DNA from: an uncultured Nitrospiraceae bacterium
Lineage (GTDB): Bacteria; Nitrospirota; Thermodesulfovibrionia; Thermodesulfovibrionales; SM23-35
Reading direction: 5' to 3'
NCBI GenBank assembly: GCA_963727775.1
Contig: CAVSHB010000003.1
Location: 314,400-378,399 of the forward strand
DNA: 64,000 bases
The translations under genes were made by a program, and so were the position numbers. Positions 18,434-27,688 of this stretch are shown one piece after another. The notes below the pieces were generated by a model that saw only the letters and a list, made by a program, of their open reading frames with translations, made no database searches and was not told the origin of the DNA. Within the stretch, counting starts at the first letter, position 1. Every line of letters starts with the position of its first letter.

Positions 18434-19712
18434 ATCGCCCCTTATTCAGTGCCGCGGGAAGCTCTATCCTGAAGACCGTCCCATTGGCTGGTTTGCTATC
18501 GAGTTCTATCCGCCCTCCCAGAACCTTTGTAAGCTTGTCGACGATTGCAAGCCCCAGGCCGGTCCCTTTCGCTTTAGTAGTAAAAAATGAGGCGAAAGCC
18601 ATGGACTTCGTCTTTTCGTCCATGCCGCAACCGTTATCGCTGATTATTATAATGATTTTCACTCCCGCCTGCAGTGCCCTTAGTTCGATAATGCCCCCCT
18701 CATTAATAGCATCAGCAGCGTTCTGGAGTATGTTGGAAAGTATCTGATTTAGCTTTTCCCTATCCGATACAATCATAATGTCCCCGGGGACTGCGGTATT
18801 GACCGTTATCGCAGTCTGCTTCACCCGGTCCGATTCTTGTAATACTTTCACCGATTCATTAGCCAACTCACGCAGACTGAATTCTTCTATCCTGGCTTCT
18901 GAAGGTTTTGCATACAAAAGTAGATCCTCCGTCAGACGTTCGAGTCTTCTTGCTTCATCGACAATAATACCGAGTTCTTCTTTGCCTTCCGCACTTTTTT
19001 CCGTAAGATACTGGGCGAACCCCTTGATACTTCCTATAGGATTTCTGATTTCATGAGCAAGAACCGCAGCCATTTCTCCGATAACGGCAAGTCTCTCTTT
19101 GTCCGCCATCAAGACAGTGAGTTCGTCGGACCGTCTAACTGCCTTGATAAAGAAAAAACCCATGACCCACAGGACGACTATCGTTATAAGGATACTTATG
19201 GCCTGGAGCCTGGCCTGCCGCGTAATGTTCTGTGCGGGATAGGGATGAAGGGCAAGTCTCAGGACCTTGACGGAATCCGGCGTATGTATCGGATAATTGA
19301 GCATGAAGATCTCCTCGCCGGTCCCAAGAATCATGTGGCCAAATACCGGCTTTCCGTCGCCGGCTGATCTCTTGATATCCGGCGAATCAATGCGTTGCCC
19401 GACCAGATTTTCATTCGAGTGAAGAAGGGTCAACCCGCTCTTGTCATAGAGCGCAATAAAGGCAATCCCTTCCCACGACGAATCTGTGACAATCTCCTTG
19501 AAAATGCCTTCCTTTACTTGTGCCGCCTGCACGGAAGGTTCGAGGCTCGCCGCTATGCCCAGTGCCTGAAGCTTAAGGGATTCTTCCGCTGCCCTAACGG
19601 AATTCCGGTAGATGATGAGAGTGCTAAACAGCGTTGCAAGGGATGCGACTGCTATAATAATGATGAAATAAACATGGGTCTTTTTAGGTTTCTTTTCGCC
19701 TGCATCGGGCAT
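18426..19712 (-). CDS. sensor histidine kinase (ZraS-like)
   Basis: 428 aa; two TM segments, H-box HEIRNPIGSI, N/G boxes; overlaps the regulator gene by 8 nt. Confidence 0.85.
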   Translation of the reverse strand: MPDAGEKKPKKTHVYFIIIIAVASLATLFSTLIIYRNSVRAAEESLKLQALGIAASLEPSVQAAQVKEGIFKEIVTDSSWEGIAFIALYDKSGLTLLHSNENLVGQRIDSPDIKRSAGDGKPVFGHMILGTGEEIFMLNYPIHTPDSVKVLRLALHPYPAQNITRQARLQAISILITIVVLWVMGFFFIKAVRRSDELTVLMADKERLAVIGEMAAVLAHEIRNPIGSIKGFAQYLTEKSAEGKEELGIIVDEARRLERLTEDLLLYAKPSEARIEEFSLRELANESVKVLQESDRVKQTAITVNTAVPGDIMIVSDREKLNQILSNILQNAADAINEGGIIELRALQAGVKIIIIISDNGCGMDEKTKSMAFASFFTTKAKGTGLGLAIVDKLTKVLGGRIELDSKPANGTVFRIELPAALNKGRYE

Positions 19713-19989
19713 ATATTTGAATTATACACCAAAAAGTTTGATCTGACTCATGCCGCCTTTTGCTCTCCGAATAGAGACAAGAATTCTGACAACTGACGAT
19801 GAATTGAACGTCAAATGTGGCTATGGCTGTGACTTTGGGGCTCAAACTTAGAAGTGGCTGACATTTTCAGCTTTGTCAAATCATCAGGCTATGAATCATG
19901 CAGTAGCACTTCAATAATTCGCACATAAGGAAACAATTTCACTTAGTGTTTTAGCCGCCATCTTACATCTTCACAATTTTTTAACATTA

Positions 19990-20013
19990 TCTTCATCGAT
20001 TCTTCATAATTTT
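19990..20013 (+). promoter_or_regulatory. direct-repeat box TCTTCAT-CGAT-TCTTCAT-AATTTT
   Basis: 7-nt direct repeat at 11-bp periodicity; near-identical copy at 22555. Confidence 0.3.
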
Positions 20014-20437
20014 CTCTTATCCTAAATCCATTAGTAAATCCTTTTGACTGGCAGCCAGTCCTCCCCCCTATAGACTGGCTGCCCTCCCTCCCTTAGTATT
20101 TCTCAACTGATATGCTTGGAAACGCCTTGTAATGTACCGATAGAGGGCACGCTTTCACATAGAAGTCTAAAACTCAGACCTCTGCTGATTACTGGAAAAA
20201 ACTCACAACTCAATACTCCAATAATCGGGGGAAGCGCTGTCTCAAAATGAGTTATTAATATTTATCCACGTATCCATTTTTTCATTTGATAATGAACCTC
20301 CCCGCCGCAGAGACGGCGGGGTATCTCGGAAAACTCTCACCAGCGATGGCATCTTTAAATTTTGAACAGTTTTAGCTGACCTGTGCGCCGCTCTATTTCA
20401 GACTTATCCAAAGTCTGATTCCTTATGTATCGCTTAA

Positions 20438-22058
20438 CCCAAAAAGTGCAGTTGACCTAAAATAATATCCCCGAAGAAATTCTCCTTTCGTATTAGAATC
20501 AATAGGTTTGAGCGACCATCAACTCTAAACGAAAGGAGAATAGAAATATGCAGTCAAAATGTAGCACAAACATCGAAATAAATAAAGTAAGGATTGGATT
20601 TACGGAGAAGAAGATGACGGCATATGGGGGATTCAGTTTATTGGCGGCATTTTTTGAAAAGATCAAATTGAGAGGAATTTTGCAAGAGGTGATCCCGGTC
20701 CACGAGAGTTCTCCCAATGGAATGGGGATATACAGCAAGGTATTGGCGTACATCCTTCTGATCTATGCGGGAGGCAGCAGGTTTTCTCATTTACTTTATC
20801 TTGGTTGGCAGGAGATTTTCACAGATCTTTTTGCAGTGAAGAGGCTTCCTTTGGCCTCTACGACATTGGGCAGGCTTTTCAGGAAAATCAGGAAGCTGAA
20901 GGAAGTGGAAACGATGTCGGAAGGGCTATGGGGATATTTGAAGAGATTGATTCCATGGGAGGAGATCAAAGAGGACTGGCTGACGTTTGATTCTACAGTG
21001 CTTGAGCGATATGGCAAACAGGAGGGGGCAAAGAGGGGATATAACCCGAAGAAGAAAGGGCGTGGGAGCCATAGCCCGCTTCTGGCATTTCTTAACAGAA
21101 GCAAGTATGTGATACATCTGTGGAACCGTCCCGGCAATGTGATGTCATGGAATAATATCATTGGATTTTTCGAGTCCACATGGCACAGGATTAGCGGGCA
21201 TATCGATATTAAGGGCGTTATTGCGGACAGCGGATTTTATCTCAGAGAATTTATCGAACTTTTGGAGCGGAGAAAATTAATCTATATCATAGCCGCTCGC
21301 CTATACCGTCCTTTGCAGAGGATGGTTTATGCACAACAAAACTGGAAGCGGATAGAAGAGGGGATATGGATCACGGAGTTCTTTTTCCAGCATGTCGATT
21401 GGATAACCGACAGGAGATTCATTGCAGTCCGGCAGGATATAAAGAAGAGGCCGCATGCGATGGGGAAGGAGTTATCTCTTTTTAGAGATGAGTTTGATAC
21501 AGGGAATTATCGTTACAGCGTATGGATAACCAATTCACATGATCCCGCATATGATGTATGGAAGCAGTGCAGGCCGAGGGCAAACGATGAGAATACCATC
21601 AAGGAACTGAAAGAGGATTTTGCGCTTGGAGGGTTCTCGATGAAGTATTTCTATTCAACAGAGGCGGCAATGCTTATTCGGGTATTCATCTACAATCTGT
21701 TTGTCCTGTTTCGACATCAGATACTGGGCCAGAAAGAAAAGATAGAACGCTTGAAGACCTTGCGGTATAAGTATTTTGTACTACCCGCCCAATTGGGAGG
21801 AAACGGCAGAACGCTGGTATTGAGGATCTCCGTCTTTACACAGAAAGTACGATCAAAACTTTTATACCTCTTTAGCCGCATAGGACAATACTTTCCGCCA
21901 GGTCTGGATACCTGCACTGCAGTTGCAAGATGACAATAAACTTCAAAAGGAGGCGGATCAAGAAACAGTGTAAAGATTAGCTTTGCTAATGCTAATTCCG
22001 GGATTGCCTTGATAGGCTTGGATCTATAGGCATGTCTTTTCCAATTGCACTTTTCGGG
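20438..22058 (+). mobile_element. IS1380-family-like insertion sequence, copy 2 (about 1621 bp), nested
   Basis: IRs CCCAAAAAGTGCAGTTG / CCCGAAAAGTGCAATTG, flanked on both sides by TTAA. Confidence 0.7.
20548..21933 (+). CDS. IS1380-family DDE transposase
   Basis: 461 aa; YGKQEGAKRGYNPKKKGRGSHSP and NDENTIKELKEDF motifs; paralogous to 14175..15704. Confidence 0.85.
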   Translation: MQSKCSTNIEINKVRIGFTEKKMTAYGGFSLLAAFFEKIKLRGILQEVIPVHESSPNGMGIYSKVLAYILLIYAGGSRFSHLLYLGWQEIFTDLFAVKRLPLASTTLGRLFRKIRKLKEVETMSEGLWGYLKRLIPWEEIKEDWLTFDSTVLERYGKQEGAKRGYNPKKKGRGSHSPLLAFLNRSKYVIHLWNRPGNVMSWNNIIGFFESTWHRISGHIDIKGVIADSGFYLREFIELLERRKLIYIIAARLYRPLQRMVYAQQNWKRIEEGIWITEFFFQHVDWITDRRFIAVRQDIKKRPHAMGKELSLFRDEFDTGNYRYSVWITNSHDPAYDVWKQCRPRANDENTIKELKEDFALGGFSMKYFYSTEAAMLIRVFIYNLFVLFRHQILGQKEKIERLKTLRYKYFVLPAQLGGNGRTLVLRISVFTQKVRSKLLYLFSRIGQYFPPGLDTCTAVAR

Positions 22059-22456
22059 TTAATCACTTCTTCATTTGTTGCATCCCCGACCGTTCCTATG
22101 TCCTTGCCGTCACTCCAGAATTCTCCACCCCACAATTCTACTTTCTTCATCTTCGGAAATTCTTCGAATACTCGTTTCGCCGTTATCGACTTAATTACGT
22201 TCAGCACCTGACTCGGGCTATATTGCGGTTGAGCACCGCAGAAGATATGTATATGATCCTCATCAAATCCAATTTCATCGATTACAATATTGTACCGTTC
22301 AGTAATTCCCCTCATTGTCTCTCTGATACATTTCTCAACTTCCTCATTCAACAAAACCTTACGGTACTTTACAGCAGTCACCAAATGGTATCGAATCTTA
22401 TAGACCGCATGAGGCCTCTTTCCCAGTTCCATTGTAACAGCATTATAATCCCCCAA
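21992..22456 (-). CDS. tnpA: IS200/IS605 Y1 transposase TnpA with a displaced 3-prime end, probably inactive
   Basis: HUH motif HIHIF; last 22 codons are read from the nested IS end; the position aligned to the catalytic Tyr of copy 2 (GYYIAT) reads GKDIGT. Confidence 0.8.
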   Translation of the reverse strand: MGDYNAVTMELGKRPHAVYKIRYHLVTAVKYRKVLLNEEVEKCIRETMRGITERYNIVIDEIGFDEDHIHIFCGAQPQYSPSQVLNVIKSITAKRVFEEFPKMKKVELWGGEFWSDGKDIGTVGDATNEEVINPKSAIGKDMPIDPSLSRQSRN

Positions 22457-22554
22457 ACCCCCTTTTCAAAAGGGGGTTCACGGTTTCCCCGCCGCAGAGA
22501 CAGCGGGGTATATAATTTAATCAATATAAAAACTATGTTCAGATTTTCATATTT

Positions 22555-22589
22555 TCTTCATCACTTCTTCATAATTTTGAGACTAAAAT
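22555..22589 (+). promoter_or_regulatory. direct-repeat box TCTTCAT-CACT-TCTTCAT plus TAAAAT -10 element
   Basis: box ends 11 nt upstream of TAAAAT, about 40 nt upstream of the 22626 start; layout resembles OmpR/PhoB-type activated promoters. Confidence 0.35.
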
Positions 22590-22625
22590 TAGAACGAAAA
22601 AAAGAAAAACGAAAAGAGGTAAGAC

Positions 22626-23708
22626 ATGAACAAAGCTGTACTGGAGACACCGTCGCCGGAAGAATGTGCGAGTACCGTCTTTGAAATTAGCGGCACAAAA
22701 TTTGATCCGGATATTGCTGCTGATCTTTGGTCAAAAATATTGCAGCATAAATGGCTCATGTCTGAAAAACTCGGCCGTGATGTGGGAGTGCGGATTGCTT
22801 GTATCGACTTTCTCGAAAACATGGAGCAGGCCCTTAAGGAATATATGGACTATAAGAGAAAAGATATCTTAACTGAGTTGGGAGCTCAGATCGTTAGCAG
22901 AGAAATATGGGACACTATATCCCATTCCCAGCCTCCGAAGCAATTGGTTCAACGGAGAATTATTCTACCTTTAAAAGAAGAGGGCCTTTCTAAAAAGCAT
23001 GGTGTAATTCCTCCAAAGACCATCATTTTCTTTGGGCCTCCAGGCACTGGAAAAACCCATTTTGTAAAGGCCATAGCAGGTATTTTGTCATGGTGGTATA
23101 TCGAAATTTTGCCCAGCATGCTCATGGCGGATGGTGTCGAAAAGATTGGAGTTAATTTACACAAAATAATGGAGAAGGCCCGAAATCTGGAAGAAGTAGT
23201 TATTTTTATTGACGAGTTTGAAGAGATTGCGGCCAGCCGGGATATAGCAACACGTGTTGACAAGTCAATTACAAATGAATTTCTTAAACAGGTCCCTCTA
23301 CTCAAAAATCAGGGAAACAAAGTCTTACTCGTGTGTGCCACCAACTATATCCGACAATTGGATGCCGCGCTGCTTCGACCGGGAAGGTTTGATTGCATTA
23401 TACCTGTTGGTGGTCTGGACGAAGCTGGAAGAAGAACGATCTTGGAACATTACATGTCCAAGCTCAATACGGAAGAGATCGATCTGAATCTAATTATCAA
23501 TATGACATCAAGGTTTACTCCTGCAGATATAGAGTATCTTTTTCAGCAGGTGGCTCAATTTGCTTTTGAGCAGGAATATACAAACGGACGAGATTATCAG
23601 GTAACCACAGATACCTTTATCCAAATTTTACCCAAAATACGACCCTCTCTGACAGACGAAATTATTGAAGAGTTTCAAAAGGACAGTATTACATATTCCC
23701 GAACCTAA
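22626..23708 (+). CDS. classic-clade AAA+ ATPase with a ~130-aa N-terminal DUF4032-like domain
   Basis: Walker A GPPGTGKT, Walker B VIFIDEFE, sensor-1 CATN, RPGRFD; N-terminal WSKILQHKWLMSEKLGRDVG resembles DUF4032 (from memory). Confidence 0.8.
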   Translation: MNKAVLETPSPEECASTVFEISGTKFDPDIAADLWSKILQHKWLMSEKLGRDVGVRIACIDFLENMEQALKEYMDYKRKDILTELGAQIVSREIWDTISHSQPPKQLVQRRIILPLKEEGLSKKHGVIPPKTIIFFGPPGTGKTHFVKAIAGILSWWYIEILPSMLMADGVEKIGVNLHKIMEKARNLEEVVIFIDEFEEIAASRDIATRVDKSITNEFLKQVPLLKNQGNKVLLVCATNYIRQLDAALLRPGRFDCIIPVGGLDEAGRRTILEHYMSKLNTEEIDLNLIINMTSRFTPADIEYLFQQVAQFAFEQEYTNGRDYQVTTDTFIQILPKIRPSLTDEIIEEFQKDSITYSRT

Positions 23709-23841
23709 ACGAATGAAGAAGATACGGGAGATTATGATTATTCTTTAAATCACTTTGGAAGAAATACTCGGAGGCGATAAAGCATAACCGTGACCTTAAG
23801 AATGATAAGACTTTAACGCAATATGGTATAAGTAAAGGTAT

Positions 23842-24882
23842 ATGAGTATAAAACTTCTAGCATTTTCAAAAAAGACATCTGCAATATTTGCTTTTATATC
23901 ACTATTCCTCATTGGATATCTCAATTATATAACGGGACATGAGTTCTATCTGTCTGCATTTTATTTAATGCCTGTCACACTTGTTGCGTTGAAATTCAGC
24001 AGGCCCATAGGAATTTCTGCCGCTGTAATAAGCGCTATTGTGGAAACGACGGTCAATATTTTAGGGGGAGGTTTTTATTATTCTCATCCACTGATTCATT
24101 TTTGGAACATGGCGATTCTCATGGCAATATATATTGTTGTTGCCACTCTGATATCCCTATTAAGAGACGCACATGACAAGGAGAGTGTGAGAGCGGTAGA
24201 GTTAGCACGTTCAAATGCAGATCTTAAGGCGTTTGCCCATATTGTTTCACATGACCTAAAAGAACCTTTAAGAGTCATTACAGGGTTTTTGGCGTTGCTG
24301 GAGAAGCGTTATAAAGACAAACTCGATAATAAAGGGATGGAGTATATCCAGTTTACCGTCGATGGTGCCAAAAGAATGGATGAGCTTATTAAAGACATTT
24401 TGGAATATTCACAAGTCGGGGCTAAAGACAAAGAATTCAAACCTGTAGATTGTTTAGCCGTTTTGAATAAGGCAATTTTCAATTTGCAGGTTGCTATCCA
24501 GGAAAGCGAGGCCGTAGTGACACATGACAGTTTACCTACAGTAATGGTTGATTCCACACTATTGACCAGTCTTTTCCAGAATCTCTTAGGTAACGCCATA
24601 AAGTTCCATGGCGATGAAGCTCCCAACGTTCATATTTCGGCTGAAAGAAAAGAGGACGAATGGGTTTTTTCGGTCCGTGATAATGGTATCGGAATAGACC
24701 CGCAATTTCAAGAACAGATTTTTGCCGCTTTCCGGCGTTTGCACACAAGAGATGAGTATCCTGGCACCGGCATAGGCCTTGCCACCTGCAAAAAAATTGT
24801 AGAGTATCACGGTGGAAGAATTTGGGTGAAGTCAGAGACCGGAAAGGGCGCAACATTTTACTTCACAATTCCCACCCTATAA
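23842..24882 (+). CDS. membrane sensor histidine kinase, no cognate regulator adjacent
   Basis: 346 aa; 4 TM N-terminus, H-box SHDLKEPLR, HATPase N/G boxes. Confidence 0.85.
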   Translation: MSIKLLAFSKKTSAIFAFISLFLIGYLNYITGHEFYLSAFYLMPVTLVALKFSRPIGISAAVISAIVETTVNILGGGFYYSHPLIHFWNMAILMAIYIVVATLISLLRDAHDKESVRAVELARSNADLKAFAHIVSHDLKEPLRVITGFLALLEKRYKDKLDNKGMEYIQFTVDGAKRMDELIKDILEYSQVGAKDKEFKPVDCLAVLNKAIFNLQVAIQESEAVVTHDSLPTVMVDSTLLTSLFQNLLGNAIKFHGDEAPNVHISAERKEDEWVFSVRDNGIGIDPQFQEQIFAAFRRLHTRDEYPGTGIGLATCKKIVEYHGGRIWVKSETGKGATFYFTIPTL

Positions 24883-25028
24883 ATCCCATTAGTAATAATT
24901 TTCGGAAAAGGACAGGCATGATATACTCGTTTGCGGTTGTGTAATGCGCACTGAATACTGATCAGTCAAGATGCAGACTTGATGAAGTAGTAATGAAAAT
25001 ATTTGGACTCTCATGATCGTTTATTTGT

Positions 25029-25058
25029 GGCTGTTATGTGGAGCTTCACATAACAGCC
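25029..25058. repeat. perfect palindrome GGCTGTTATGTG-GAGCTT-CACATAACAGCC (candidate tyrosine-recombinase core site)
   Basis: 12-bp inverted arms around a 6-bp spacer; built from the two half-sites TTATGTGGAG and TTATGTGAAG also found at the RIT ends. Confidence 0.55.
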
Positions 25059-25192
25059 ATTGAACTAAGCCGCTGACGCGGCAGGATGAACAGTCAAAGC
25101 TATAAGGCCCTCCGCCATAAGTAATCTCACAATTTATTCCTCCAGCAGGTATTCATACAATATTCCTATAACCCAAAACGAGGAGGTATTGT

Positions 25193-26056
25193 ATGAAACC
25201 GTTACGTCACAAGATGCTCAACGACATGAAACTAAGGAGGTTTGCACCGAGTACGCAGGAAGCGTACGTGTCGGCTGTAGCAGGCCTGGCCAAGTACTAT
25301 AAGCAGTCACCGGACCTGCTTGACAAGGAAAAGATACAGGCATATCTTCTGCATCTCCTGGATAAACGGAAACTTTCATGGGGCACCTGCAATGTCGTCG
25401 TATCGGGGCTAAGGTTTTTCTACACGCAAACGCTGGGAATAGACTCGATGCATCTGGGGATCCCGCCTATGAAAACGCAGACAAAGCTTCCCGAGGTTCT
25501 TAGTGTCGAGGAGCTTACAAGATTGTTCCAATGCACTCGAAACCTTAAACACAGGGCGATATTGATGACCACATATGCGGCCGGGCTACGCGTAAGTGAA
25601 GTAGTAAATCTGAAGCTTAAAGACATAGACAGTGGCAGGATGATGATCAGGGTATGTCAGAGCAAGGGGAACAAAGACCGCTATACGATTCTGTCACCCC
25701 GTTTATTGACGGAACTGCGAGCTTACTGGAGAAAGTACAAACCCCTTTTCTGGCTTTTCCCCGGGGCATTCTCTGATAGGCCGATGAACAGAGCTACGCC
25801 AGAGAGAATATACTACAGTGCAAAAGAGAGGGCAGGGATAACTAAGGGGGGTTGTATTCATAGCCTGCGCCATTGCTTTGCATCGCATCTTCTTGAAGCT
25901 GGAGTGGATTTGAGAACCATCCAGTTGTTGATGGGTCATTCCTCGATAACGACCACGACGCGCTATATGCGGATAACCAGCAAGAAGCTGTCCGCCACAA
26001 AGAGCCCGCTGGACCTTATAGAGATACCTGACACAAGGAGATTGACTGAAGTGTAA
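25193..26056 (+). CDS. tyrosine recombinase/integrase paired with an IS91-family transposase
   Basis: 287 aa; R (AAGLRVSE), HxxR (HSLRHCFASH), H..Y (GHSSITTTTRY). Confidence 0.85.
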   Translation: MKPLRHKMLNDMKLRRFAPSTQEAYVSAVAGLAKYYKQSPDLLDKEKIQAYLLHLLDKRKLSWGTCNVVVSGLRFFYTQTLGIDSMHLGIPPMKTQTKLPEVLSVEELTRLFQCTRNLKHRAILMTTYAAGLRVSEVVNLKLKDIDSGRMMIRVCQSKGNKDRYTILSPRLLTELRAYWRKYKPLFWLFPGAFSDRPMNRATPERIYYSAKERAGITKGGCIHSLRHCFASHLLEAGVDLRTIQLLMGHSSITTTTRYMRITSKKLSATKSPLDLIEIPDTRRLTEV

Positions 26057-26061
26057 TCTCC

Positions 26062-27291
26062 ATGTCGTCGTCCACGGAAGCCCTGCTGTCGGAGGTAGTA
26101 AAGAAGTGGGAAGTAGCCGATATCTTCCGGGAATTCGGAAAGGTCTATAGGCGTGAGAACTCAGTGCCTTATGCTCAGCGTAAAGTTATGCGGGCAATTG
26201 CCGTATGCCGGACCTCATATCTCGGTGGTCATGTGGAGAAGTGCAACAAATGCGGATTCGAGCAACACGCATACAACTCCTGCCGCAACCGTCATTGCCC
26301 AAAGTGTCAGTGTCTGACAAAAGCACGATGGCTTGAAGACCGCAAGGCTGAGCTTCTGCCGGTGCCGTACTTCCACAATGTCTTTACCCTGCCACATGAA
26401 TTGAATCCTATTGCCCTCAGTAACAGGAAAGCGATCTTCTCTATCCTGTTCAAGGCAGTCTCCGAAACCCTTCTTCAATTCGGCATCAACAATCTTGGTG
26501 GCACGCTTGGCTTTACAGCCATACTGCACACATGGGACCAGAGACTTCTGGGCCATATTCATCTGCATTGTGTAATAGCGGGAGGCGCCCTGTCGCTGGA
26601 CAAAACAAGGTGGATACCCTCGGCAGAAAACTATCTCTTCAATGTAGAAGCTCTCTCTCTGGTATTCAGGGGAAAGTTCATTGAAAACCTGCAGAAGACC
26701 TACGCAAAGGGTGAGCTGGATTTCCCGGGAACCATTGCAAAGTATGCAACTCCTGAGGGGTTTTCGGGGTTGATAAAAGACCTCAGGGCAAAGAACTGGG
26801 TCGTATTTTCCAAAAAGCCCTTTGCGGGGCCTCAACAGGTTCTCGAGTATATTGGCAGATATACACACAGGGTGGCCATATCGAATAACCGCATAGTGGG
26901 TGTTCAGAACGGTATGGTCACCTTTACCTACAGAGACAGAAAAGATAACAATACCCTTAAATTGACGACAGTAGACTCAGGAGAATTCATCAGACGGTTT
27001 CTTCTTCATGTGCTTCCTCCCGGGTTCATGAAGATACGGCATTTCGGTTTTCTGGCCAACAAGCAAAAGAAAGAGACTATACAGCTCTGCAGAGAACTGA
27101 TAGGCGACAACACTCAACGTCCCGAACGAGAAAAGAAAACCGCAACTGAACTGATGATCGAGCTTACGGGCATAGATATTACCAGATGCCCCTGCTGCAG
27201 GGAAGGCACCATGATCACCGTGATGGAAATGCCATATCCTTCAAGAAGATCATATCGTTATTCCCATAGCGGTTACAAGGACTCATCGTGA
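26062..27291 (+). CDS. IS91-family (HUH, Y2) rolling-circle transposase
   Basis: 409 aa; N-terminal Cys-rich zinc-binding region, HUH HLHCVI, YIGRYTHRVAISN. Confidence 0.85.
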   Translation: MSSSTEALLSEVVKKWEVADIFREFGKVYRRENSVPYAQRKVMRAIAVCRTSYLGGHVEKCNKCGFEQHAYNSCRNRHCPKCQCLTKARWLEDRKAELLPVPYFHNVFTLPHELNPIALSNRKAIFSILFKAVSETLLQFGINNLGGTLGFTAILHTWDQRLLGHIHLHCVIAGGALSLDKTRWIPSAENYLFNVEALSLVFRGKFIENLQKTYAKGELDFPGTIAKYATPEGFSGLIKDLRAKNWVVFSKKPFAGPQQVLEYIGRYTHRVAISNNRIVGVQNGMVTFTYRDRKDNNTLKLTTVDSGEFIRRFLLHVLPPGFMKIRHFGFLANKQKKETIQLCRELIGDNTQRPEREKKTATELMIELTGIDITRCPCCREGTMITVMEMPYPSRRSYRYSHSGYKDSS

Positions 27292-27551
27292 TTATGGATA
27301 TTGTCTCTCGGAAACGGAAGAACCGAAAAGGCTTTGGAACAAGTCACCGAAAAGTTCTGTCTCCTCAGCCTACTTTTCAGCAAACAGTCTCTATTCCCGG
27401 TGGCGTCAAAGCTGATATCCAGTCTATAAGTTCGAGAACCTCAGCGAAAATATTCCTTATAGCCACCAAATACTGCTTCATAGAATAATTCTCATCCTTT
27501 ACAATCCCCATACTCTTTGTTCACACTCCCCCGGGCGGCTCAGCTCAATTT

Positions 27552-27589
27552 GTTTTATCCGCAATGCCTTTCGGCACTACGGATAAAAC
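27552..27589. repeat. extended hairpin GTTTTATCCG...CGGATAAAAC, candidate IS91 end structure
   Basis: 10-bp outer stem plus inner TGCC/GGCA stem; 5 nt from the RIT terminal repeat. Confidence 0.4.
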
Positions 27590-27688
27590 ACTATTCATTA
27601 TGTGGAGTTCCCCGTTATGTGAAGTAAACCTTGCAAGTATATGAATCACAATAATTATCGCTCAATCTACTTCACATAACGGGTAGGC

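Larger units (their letters stand above)
20295..22520 (-). mobile_element. IS200/IS605-family element, copy 1, carrying a nested IS1380-like element
   Basis: subterminal hairpins CCCCGCCG-CAGAGA-CGGCGGGG (20300-20321) and its variant (22487-22508) bracket tnpA and the nested IS. Confidence 0.7.

Noticed and set aside
26215-26868. 217-aa minus-strand ORF
   Set aside because: It lies entirely antisense to the IS91-family transposase gene and has no motifs. The same reasoning applies to 51784..52446 (antisense purF), 53149..53667, 58134..58739 (antisense HtrA), 60966..61382 and the other short overlapping ORFs in the track.
27288-27488. 66-aa ORF after the IS91 transposase
   Set aside because: It overlaps the transposase stop, has basic low-complexity composition, and lies in the expected non-coding end region of the element.
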